Shown piece by piece: positions 53,142 through 64,000 of a stretch of 64,000 bases of DNA. Positions within the stretch are counted from its first letter, which is position 1. Every line of letters starts with the position of its first letter. This stretch comes from Octopus sinensis (taxonomy: Eukaryota). Under the pieces are notes generated by a model that saw only the letters and a list, made by a program, of their open reading frames with translations, made no database searches and was not told the DNA's origin. The position numbers were made by a program, and so were the translations under genes. The stretch spans positions 44,950,001-45,014,000 of the forward strand of contig NC_043002.1 in the NCBI RefSeq assembly GCF_006345805.1. The letters are read 5' to 3'.

Positions 53142-53900
53142 CAGGGTGGACCAAAATGATCTGACACATTAGGAGGCTTAATAAAAGCACAAAATAAGAA
53201 ATAATGGGAAGAAAAATTTTATTTTCTGAATGTACATATAATGCCATTTTATTTCATTAAGTTTTAAAACTTAAATCAGCTAAATGCTTCCCATCATTGT
53301 CAACACACTGTTGAAGACGTTCATGAAAGTTATCGATAACTCTATGGATGATTTCTTCTGGAATGGTGAAATGTGATTTCTTCCTGTGGGGATATTTAAA
53401 ATCAAAAGTATTCAGTCAAAATCCCATCTTCAGAAGAAAAGAACAGTTTAAGAAGAGTTCAGTTATTTAGGATCTGTTAATCTATTCAAACTCTCCAGCG
53501 TTTATGTAACAGCAACAGTCGCTCTCCAAACGTAGGTGAAATCAACGTCCCACACATTGGTGTAAACAGACGACAAACACCCAGCTGTTGCAATAAGCTA
53601 TTCACCATTTGTAGTATGACTTGTAGGAGCCAGCTTTAATTACTCCAAAAGCCGTCTGTATCTGTTGAAATTGGAAGAGCTTTGTGTATTTCTAGCTCTT
53701 CCTGCAAAATCAGGCATTGAATTCAGATAGTTACTGTTTCCAATTTGACCAATTAAATGAACAATCAATGGAAAGCTTTCAGAATTAACCAATCGGATGT
53801 GTTGTTCTTCGTTCAGGATAAAGCTAGATCTCATATTTACTTGCAGACTCGGCAGATATTGGTCCATTTCATTGTTTCTTTTTCTTACCTCTGTTTTGTA
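53142..53900 (-). mobile_element. Internally deleted mariner-like transposon with a micro-inversion
   Basis: TA-CAGGGTGGACC TIR; minus IPEEIIHRVIDNFHERLQQCVDNDGKHL; plus-strand CDFFLWGYLKSKV at 53372-53412. Confidence 0.75.
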
Positions 53901-54448
53901 TTGCCTCCATAGTTGATTTTCTATTTCTATGAGGAATTTTATATAATAAACAAGTTTTTCTATCTAAATTTGTTTTGTGGTGTATGGTGCTGTGTTACGA
54001 TTGCTCCTTGTTCTAAATACCTATTAAAGCCCATTTGAGAGCGTTCAAATAATACGTCACATGTAACAGCTTGAGTCCTGAAGTTTACAACTGTGAGTTT
54101 TACAACCAAATTTGTAGCTACGTTGGTCATTAGCTGCTTGGTTTAGGTGTACACGGTTGTGATGTGCTATAAATGAGGATATCGGATTTTGTGTTTTTGT
54201 AACATGTATTTAGTTTTAGTTTATGGTCTCGTGCACGCATTTTTTAGACCAATCTATGAAGATATTCATTATGCATTCATCTATTACGTAGTAATCATGC
54301 ATTTGATTATTATAATTCTATGTGCGACTTTCGTATCTATTTGCTGAATCGTATCAATGTCTGTATTCTTCTATAATCCGAATATTAGTCTATTGGAACA
54401 TTTTTTGCCAATGTTTTGTGCTGACAAACATTAATTAAAAATATATCC

Positions 54449-54566
<118 letters not shown>

Positions 54567-55196
54567 CATGTGGTATTACTTTCTTAAGGATAAATCATAT
54601 GCCATTTTTTTAATTTACTGGGAAATTACTACTTTCAAGGAAAAGTATTTGAATTCGTCTTGCAGGAGCCTTTTGCATATTATCAAGGGACTTGTGAGAA
54701 ACACAAGTTCAATTAGTGAATGTAAATGCATTTTCTCTCGGTATTACATGTTTTTCTTTATATCGAGTTAAACAATGGTTACCACTATCCTTTGTAGAAC
54801 TGCAATAACTCGTCTAGTTTATGTATCTGCATGCATCCCACGTGGGTTCTGGAGGCACTTTTGGATAATTGTTCATTCAGTATTTCATTTTGCCATTATG
54901 AGCTGTTTATTTGGAACAATTTTCTCTGGCTTGTGTTTCACTAAAACTAACTTTTTTTTTCGTTACTTTTTCCTGTAGCCTCCTTTTCTATTTTCTTCTT
55001 TTACTGGGAGTGCTTTATTTTATTCTCTATTTAAGAGTATCGTTTTCAAATGAGATTTTTGGCTATCCCTTATTCGTTTATTTTCTGTTTGTCACATAAA
55101 ATTTTTCCGTCACTGGTTATATTTTTGTAAATATTGCTCGCTCTCTCATATTTTCTGTCTTCTCTCACGCTCTCTCTCTCTCTCTCTCTCTCCTCA

Positions 55197-55250
<54 letters not shown>

Positions 55251-55698
55251 CCCTCATTAACATGAACGACTACAGCTTCACTTCATGTCATGTGTTGAAG
55301 TGTTTTCAGCGGATCAGTTTTTTTTTCTAAGCTCTCATTTCCGATATACCCTGAAGCAATTGAAGGTATTCCTTGAGAAGACAAAATCGGGATTTACATC
55401 GGCCCGTACATTGTTATATGTATTATGTTATGGACAGAGAACACTATAAATGTCGCCCTATGGATTAGTTCCGTATTATTTGTGTTACAGATTTTCTGGT
55501 TAACTAGAATTTTCTATCAAGAAGATACGTGTTTAAATGCACCATGTAGTTTATTGCTAACCCACTAGTACACTCAGCTGTATGGTAAATTTTAACTTAA
55601 TTCTACTGCACTACTGCACATTGTATCATATATCTAAGCATTTACTTTATATTGCAGGAGACGCCCCTAGTGTTGGGTAGGGACTGCATATGTATGTA

Positions 55699-55758
<60 letters not shown>

Positions 55759-55827
55759 ATATATATATATGTATAGAAACATACACATATATACGTGTGT
55801 GTGTTTGAAGTGCACCTCATGTTTGAG

Positions 55828-55907
55828 GTTCTGATGAGGCTAAAAGGTGTTACTCAGGCACTCAATTATGAGTCCACCACATCTTATAGCGGAAACAGCT
55901 GTAAAAT
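55828..55907 (+). ncRNA. Hammerhead motif with extended stem II
   Basis: CTGATGA 55831-55837; GCTA/TAGC; inner ACTCA/TGAGT; GAAAC-AGCTGTA with palindromic ACAGCTGT; stem I only 2-3 bp. Confidence 0.55.
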
Positions 55908-56720
55908 AATGAAGTTCATAAGATAATCGTTTATTTCTTTGTCATCTATTTTTCTCATGTGTGTGAGAGACAGAGAGAGAGAGAGAGTTTCACCGTTCCA
56001 AAAAAGAACTATACATTTACGTGTGGGGGAGGGGGAAATGAGACGATTTCATTACATTTTTGACTTTGAGACAAAATAGTTTTACAAATCTTCACTACCT
56101 TATAGAAACTATATCAGCTAAGTAAATAGCCTTCCCTACATACATTAAAAACATTATAACAACATTATAACATAAACTGAACACTATTTCAGAAAATTAT
56201 CGCAAAATGAGCAAGGTAAATTTGCCGCTTCGATTCTCCAGAATTGCATTTGAAACCAGACTCATACACATCAGAATCCATCACTAGATATCACAAAGAT
56301 TTAAAATGTTGCAAAAAATATACCGTGATATATTTACACACCATACAGTTAAAGAGAAGAAATTCGCACAGTCTTGCACAGTCTTACTCTAAACAAGCTG
56401 TAAAAAATCATTAAGGCGTTATCAGAAATTTGAAGGTGGCTATATGGTATACTATAAATGTAATGTAATATTCGATGGCATCCGTGATTTTGAAAGATCA
56501 AAACGTGTCGCGTGAACAAAGACGATTGAGAACTAATCTAAGCAATCATTCAAATTTATTAAATCTTAAAATTATCATAAATGATTAATTAAACTTTTCT
56601 ATACAAAAGGTTATACTCGAATGTCAGTATTATCATTTCACAACTGTATACAAACTTATTCAAATTTAGAAACTGTTACCTTAATATTATGTTCTGTAGC
56701 CCAATTATTAAAATATACAT

Positions 56721-56974
56721 CAATGTTTTTCAACCATTTTTTCCTATGGAACCCCTTGATATCTGTTTCTACTCGAAAGGACCCCACAAATCATTTGATG
56801 TATAAAAGTCCTATTATATTTTTATAATTAAATTTTATGAAGAATTGTATAAAGAGAATTGTTGAATTATTTTGCGTATTTTAGAAGTAAAATCAATTTA
56901 TTGCATATTATTTTTAACAGCGAAATCTAACATGGACCCCCAAGAATCATGTGGACCTCGGCTGAGAATCACTG
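56721..56974. mobile_element. hAT-like MITE
   Basis: Ends CAATGTTTTTCAACC and GGCTGAGAATCACTG (CAGTGxTTCTCAACC-type TIR); TSD not preserved. Confidence 0.5.
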
Positions 56975-58319
56975 ACATAGATAATCGCTATATATTTATT
57001 TGCAATATTTTGGTCAATTTGAGCACACGTACATGAGTGGTTTAAGCTTGATGAGTCACTTTTTCTCTCTATCTCCACACGTCAATTTGTCCTGAAAAGT
57101 CATTCACACTTTGCCATGAATAGTTGCATTAATCTTCAATTTCATATCATATTTTTTTCAATGAGATTAGTGGTACGAGGTAAAACATTTTAGTATTGTA
57201 TTGATAGATATAAGAACGTCATGAAGTGTGTTAGCTAGATTGGGAATCACTCATATAGCTATTTCAAACCTTTGATCATATCCTAAACATTTGATAAGAT
57301 CACGTTTTACACCAACAATAGCATAATTTCTATACGTTACGAGTAAAAAAAAATGTTTCTGTACTTCAAAATTCCACTCCTACAAAACCATCGACATTTT
57401 AAAATTGTTGGTGTTGTTGTTTTCTTCCAGTCATTTTCCAGATATTTCTGTATTTACGCAGAAACGATTCCAACGCTGCATAGAAAATTATGATTCCGAA
57501 ATATAGAAACCTCAGGCACTAGCCATTACGCTTTCAAAAGAACTTAAACAGCTTTCTTTTCACCAGCTGAAGATATATAGAACTAGAATAATTTGCTCTT
57601 GATACGTACGTAGCAAAACGTTGCACAAATTGGCAAACAGGAGCTGAGCACTATAAAGGATTCACAATCATTGCTATCAATGTCATCTCCCTCACTTCAA
57701 CAACAACAGCAGCATTGTTATTATCATTTTCACCAGAACTTCTTAATCATCATCATCATCATTAGCATTAGCATCATCATTGTCGCAATTATCATTTCCA
57801 TCATCATTATCATCTTCGCAAACAAAATCACCAGCATCATCCTTATCGTCGTTAACATTTTACACAAATAGCATTAACAACAAAATTATCATTATCATTG
57901 TCATTACTATTTTTATCAATATTATGATTGATATCTAATTTATCGTTCATATAATTGCTATATAAAGCGGTGGGGGGCGACAGGATCTGTATAGAACTTG
58001 CTGTGTCTTTGAATTTTGTGCCTTGAGGTTATTGCGTTTAGAAAACATAACTCATTTTATTTTTAGTCGAAAAAGTTTTGTCATTCATTATTTGCCTAAA
58101 TGTTGCTGTATGTATATATTTTTTGAAATTGCATTATATTTCATAACAATGATAACTGTCTTCTCCTGTAGCTCGCAGCTATCCAATTCATAGAGTAAAA
58201 TTTGGAAGACGGAAATTGTGCGGAAGCCAGCCGATATATATATATATATATATATATGAATATATATCAAAACAGACATACAAATGTGTGGATGAATATG
58301 TACGCAAGTACATGTGTGG

Positions 58320-58386
<67 letters not shown>

Positions 58387-58477
58387 TGTGTGTATACATA
58401 GATATACATACACACGGATACATACACATTCACATAGATAGATAGATAATAGATAGAGATATATATATATATATACT

Positions 58478-58571
<94 letters not shown>

Positions 58572-59180
58572 CATACATACATACGTACATACATACATAT
58601 AAAAGCTAAAATCACATGGGTTTCACAGAGTACATCTTAATTTATAATTGATCATATGGAAAACTAAACTATCCAAACTGCTCAATAAAACATTTTAAAT
58701 TGATTTAAAGGGATACCAGCGCTATGACAAAAGTTTACCTGTCAGAAACGCAACGGATGAGAAAAACGAATGTGATTCTATAGAAAGAGATAGGGAAAAT
58801 ACTTTCGTATATCTATAACAACTTTATTTCTTTCGAAGACGAATAGTTTATTGAGCCTCTCAATTGGATGACATTGAATTTTTAATCTTAGGTTGAGTAC
58901 GAGCGTTATATAGCTATCCCTAGTTAACTTAAGAGAGCTATAAACAAGCGGCTAATTGATCGATTACTTCATTTTTAATTCGTCAGTTAGTCGGTGACTA
59001 ATTGATCTATTAACAATGGACTAATTGAGTAATGTGTGTTATGTGGTGTTAACAATGACGTACGACGAATACATGTGACAGAAAATTACGAGGTTTCATA
59101 TATACAGAAGTAACAGGAGATGAAACAGGGTTAATTATGTATGTACATGTATGTGTGTGTGTATTTCTGTTTAGTATTAA

Positions 59181-59219
<39 letters not shown>

Positions 59220-59230
59220 GACGGGTGTCC

Positions 59231-59276
59231 AGTACTGAAGAAAGGCAGAAATAGCCCGAAACCAGACTGGTATGTG
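59231..59276 (+). ncRNA. Minimal hammerhead motif
   Basis: CTGAAGA-AA-GGC(AGAAATA)GCC-C-GAAAC-CAGACTGGTA; stem III ACCA/TGGT, GUA site; weak stem I. Confidence 0.5.
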
Positions 59277-59490
59277 AGTCCCATCACTAGAAGGTAGTAA
59301 GGGTTCTTTCCCCTGCTCACAATATATCGGATGCAGCTGTGCATCGTTATCCAGCTAAAGGAGATGTCTTCTTGGGGTTAAAAAGTCGCAGTAAATTTCT
59401 ATCGAACGGAGCACCCATATTGAAGTGGCTAGGAACATTACTTGCTAGTACAACTACTGCGATCATCGCAGAGATTTTAGAACTAGTTTT

Positions 59491-59646
<156 letters not shown>

Positions 59647-59869
59647 TTGAATAAAGTTAAAACATAGTCTGGTTTTCACGCTTTTTATTATGGTATTTTA
59701 ACAAAATTACTGCTTTCATACATAGTGTACTCATGAGATTTCAAATGTTTTTAACTGACAGTTGAGTTCTTGACAACTTTAGTACCTCTAAGAACGCTCC
59801 AACCAGTTGCATTTTTAGAATACCTTTTCGATCAATCTGCATGCTCTTAAACATCATAGTTTGCCAGGC

Positions 59870-60986
59870 GTACCAATATTCTCTAACTTGTTTATATTTA
59901 TTAATCCTCATCATTAACTGGTTGTTATATAATTGCTGTTATTTCCGTTCAGAACAGATTTGAACATTTTAATAAACTGTTTTTCTTTTATCTTTCTTCC
60001 AACCTTACTTGTGTCATGTAGTTTGTGGAAAGGAAAAATTAAAAACATTTTCTGACCACATGTCTCTATACATTCACTCTCTGGAATTTGGTGAACATTG
60101 GTTTTCCGGATTTGTTGTCTGTGGACTTGTGGACGTTCCGATAATGCATTCCCTGCTTCGCTTACATATAATTCCTCGCAATTCTGGCATTTAATGCAGT
60201 AGATCAAATTTCTGCTTTTGCAGTTCATATCTGCACTTGCAAAAATCTGTCCATCTTTTGTGCTAATGGATCTATCCGTATGCATATATTGGCACGTTCC
60301 ACACCTGTTATCATTACACTTGGGTAATGTGAGTGTGTTATCCCGTTTGTTCATGTTGAATTTTGCCTTTGTTAATAGCTTCTTTAGGTTATGTGGTTGC
60401 CTTCTGCTTAAGATAAGTGTTTGATTAGTTATTATGTTTTATAATTTTTCACGTTGTTTTATGACTGGCAAATTTGTTTTGATGTTAAGTATGTTTTGGT
60501 TATGTAGATTGAATGTTACTAGAAATGGCATTGTGTTCCTTTGATAAGTTCGTCTTTTTCGTGTAGCTCTAAGTTATTATATAGGTATCTCTTTTGCTTG
60601 TTGTATGCTATTTTCTATAAGTAGGAGATAGTAATTTTGATTGAGCAGAAATCCTTTGAGTTCTACAAGTCGTTTGTTTCCGGTATTTGGATCATCGACT
60701 ATAGTATAAATTTCCCTTGCTAGACAGTACGGGATGTTGCGTTTTGTGTGTATTGGGTGGAATGATTTGAAGTTTAGGTACTGGTGTGTATCTCTGCTTT
60801 TGTAAAAAATATCAGATATGATTGCGTTTTCAATTACCATTATGTCAAGAAATGGTAATTATGTGGTGCTCATTTTTCTTAGGAATTTAATACTAGGGTG
60901 TATGGTGTAGATTATTGAGGAGGAGGATGAATTCTTCCAGATTTTCTAGGGATTTTGTCCAAATTAGGAAACAATCATCGAAGTAA
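59870..60986 (-). mobile_element. Neptune-like PLE: RT C-terminal part plus GIY-YIG endonuclease
   Basis: YFDDCFLIW, FLDIMV, DIFYKSRDTHQYLNF, CNDNRCGTC (Cx4Cx2C), NLIYCIKCQNCEELYVSE, RPQVHRQQI. Confidence 0.9.
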
Positions 60987-62830
60987 TACAGTTCTATATT
61001 TAAGAGATGAGGAATTATGTACACCATTTATATTATTTACAATTGACGGATATTTGTCCTCATCTTGTATGTTGCTAGCACAACGTTTCCGCTGATATAC
61101 CCTCCAGCTTCCATCAGGTGTCTTGGGGAAATTTCGAACCTGGATTCTCATTCCTAAGGTATTCAGGAAAGTTAAATGGTTTGAAAGACGAGCTAGTTTT
61201 TGATGGAGTGTCTCTATATGTCTCGATTGAAGTCTAATGTCGGCTCCGTACCGATTAGATAATACAGTTCTATATTTAATAGATGAGGAATTATGTACAA
61301 TATTTGCATTATTTACGATTGACGGATAGCTCGTCTTTCAAACCATCTAACTTTCCTGTGTATATGTAGAAACTCATAGCTAATACCACCTGGCTTGAAT
61401 ATAATGACACCAGTGGATTCATATAAAGCTAGAAGTGTAGCAGAAAGGGCAGGACACACCCTCGTCCGTGAGAGGATCCATACAACCGTTGGAAAAAAAC
61501 CAATTAAATAACGAAATCAAAGAGAGGTTATCTTTATTACTTAGGAAAATAACCAGAGATGGTGATAAAAAGAGAATCCAACAAGATCTACAAAAGTCAT
61601 ACATGAAAGAATTTGAAATGGTGAATACATACCAGATTAAGAAGTTTATGAAACTCAAAGGTCAGAGAATGAAGACTGAAGTCCGTCACCCAGCTATGAA
61701 AGCAGTAATTAATGTAAATAGCCGACATCTAGAAAGCTCTGAAGAAGCAGTACTAAACAAAGGTCTCAACTTTGCGACAACCATCGAGCGCATTCCATAC
61801 TTGGGCATAATAGCCCCTATTGAAGAGATAGCCATAAAGATACCAAAAGCTCAGGGAGATGAACTAAGGTGGAAAGTGAAACAGGTACTAGAAATAGCGA
61901 AACTTCCCAAACCAAACATCACTAAGGAAGAAAAGTTTGCTATCAAAAGACTACAGAGTGACAATTCCATCATAATACTTTCAGCAGACAAGGGAAATGC
62001 TACCATGGTAATGAACAAGTCTGACTACTTGGAAAAACTGGCAAGTCTTATAAGCGATGGTAGCTACGGCAAAGTAAAGAAAGACCCTATTTTGAAAACA
62101 GAGAGGAAGTTGTCACAGATCTTGATCAAGAACAAGGATCACTTTACACCAATGAAGTATAGACAACTGACTCAACAATACAGTTAACTACTACACATGT
62201 ACGGTCTTCATAAGATTCACAAGGATGGTATTCCATTAATACCTATAGTGAGTTATAGAGGTTTCAGCATGTCATCCATTGATCCGCTTCCTTGTGGATA
62301 TAATCAGTTCATTAGCAGGAAAGTCAACATCGTACGTGAAGAATTCCACCCACTTCACAGAATTGATCAAGGATACCCCCATTAAATCAAACCAGATGGT
62401 GAGTCTAGATGTGATAAGTCTGTTGAAGCACTATTGGTGATTCAAGAAAAACTAGTAACAGACACCCATCTAAAAGAACGTACTAGTATACCAATAAGAA
62501 ACTTGATGGAAATGTTGACATTGTGTGTAGAAACTACCTACCTCAGTATGGACACTGATATATATCGACAAGAAGAGGTTTTCGCTATGGGTTCGCTATT
62601 ATCATCGTTAATAGCTAATATATACATGGAATACTTTGAAAATTTGGCTTTAGACTTAACAGCACTAAAACCAACCCTATGGCTGCGATATGCCGATGAC
62701 ACCTTCGTACTCTGGCCCTGTCAGGAAGATGTCTAAGTGCCGTTAGATCATGTGAACTCAATAAAGCCATCCATACAGTTCACAATGGAAAAAGAAAAAG
62801 ACAATCAGCTAGCATTCCTGGATGTATTAA
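60985..62830 (+). mobile_element. Penelope/Poseidon-like PLE with inverted termini at its 5-prime end and a decayed, 3-prime truncated RT
   Basis: LNKGLNFA, SADKGNATMVM, YGLHKIHK, AMGSLLSSLIANIYME, WLRYADDTFVLW, FLDV; inverted terminus 60985-61165 with a degenerate minus-strand HHR. Confidence 0.9.
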
Positions 62831-62831
62831 A

Positions 62832-63090
62832 GGTCATGCCGTAGTTCTCTTCAATTTTTTTGCTCCAAGTATTCCAATACTGAGTTCGCGCAAAGTGAAG
62901 CAAATTGTATTCCCATAGCTGTGCCTCGAATTTGGAGGTAGTTTTTTTCCATTGAAAAAGAATGCATTGTTTTCGTGGATGAGGTTGACCGCGTCTAGTA
63001 TTTAGGTTACAGTAAATGTACTGGGGATCGCTTGTCTATGTTTCTCGGCCCAATATTTTATGGCAGTAAGTCTAAATCATGTAGAATATT
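62832..63090 (-). mobile_element. Upstream RT part of the Neptune-like PLE
   Basis: AIKYWAEKH..ILDAVNLIHENNAFFFNG..YLQIRGTAMG..ANSVLEYLE. Confidence 0.8.
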
Positions 63091-63795
63091 TGTATATAAG
63101 TTTGTTATATATGTATGTGTGTATTTGTGTGTGTTTGTGTGTGTGTGTGTGCCAGTGCGTATTGTGAGTGCTTTACTTGCAGTGTTTGTGTGTTCGTTGT
63201 AAAACCTTTAATTTATACTTAAAATTATATTTTATAAATTATAAATACTTGCGCACATCAGAAAGTACACTATACAAGCAAATGAATGTGTGCTCCACAG
63301 ATGACGTCTTAGTTTATTTCAACATTGAGCAAAAATATCAAAAGCGCTCAATAAAATATTTAAAATGAATTAAAGGGATATCACTGCTCCGTAACGTCTA
63401 TGTCACACGGATTAACTATATTTGTAAAACTAAGGTGATACATTGCAAAAGAGAGCAAAATATTTTCATAAATACAAGAATATTAAGCACTTCTTTAACA
63501 GGCTGGAAAATGTCAAAATACATAATTACAGTTTAGCACCTGCGTTATATAAGGAAGCCAGCTGCCTTGGGATTTTACTAACTTAGCGATGTGAAAGTAG
63601 GAGTGAAAATTGATTGACATTTGTGTTCAGGGGCTCTTGGGAGTGTTCTTCCTGCTTAGCTATACTCCAATGAGAATATATTTCACATAATTTATAAAAA
63701 TCTACTTATTTAATCTATATATACATATATACATATATATACATACACACACACATATATATATATATATTATATATATATAGATAGATAGATAT

Positions 63796-63856
<61 letters not shown>

Positions 63857-63936
63857 TATAGATATAAGGGAAAGTTTACGAAAATAAACAAAAGACGAAG
63901 GCAGGTGGTGTACAAACAAACAGATGTATTAGTATA

Positions 63937-63983
<47 letters not shown>

Positions 63984-63984
<1 letters not shown>

Positions 63985-64000
63985 TAGCAGTATCGCCCGG
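63984..64000 (-). mobile_element. Possible Helitron 3-prime end, running out of the window
   Basis: Minus CCGGGCGATACTGCTAG followed by T in (TA)n. Confidence 0.5.

Overview
AT-rich, microsatellite-dense eukaryotic DNA with no intact host gene that I can support; most ORF-track entries are translations of (TA)n/(TG)n/(GATA)n arrays. The SINE families look like those of octopod cephalopods (inference from recognition, not a search). The window is a patchwork of decayed mobile DNA: tRNA-derived SINEs, Tc1/mariner elements, Penelope-like elements (PLEs), HERO-, R4/Dong-, CR1- and Tx1/L1-like LINE remnants, MITEs, Helitron ends and a ~4.2 kb tandem duplication (20983-29355). The most striking signal, read by eye, is about a dozen hammerhead-ribozyme (HHR)-like motifs in PLE termini and short non-coding inserts. 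They include long-stem-II variants, a foldback element with one HHR per arm on opposite strands, and a candidate HHR whose C3:G8 core pair is swapped to G3:C8 (44177-44226). Element boundaries are approximate unless a TIR, TSD or junction is quoted.
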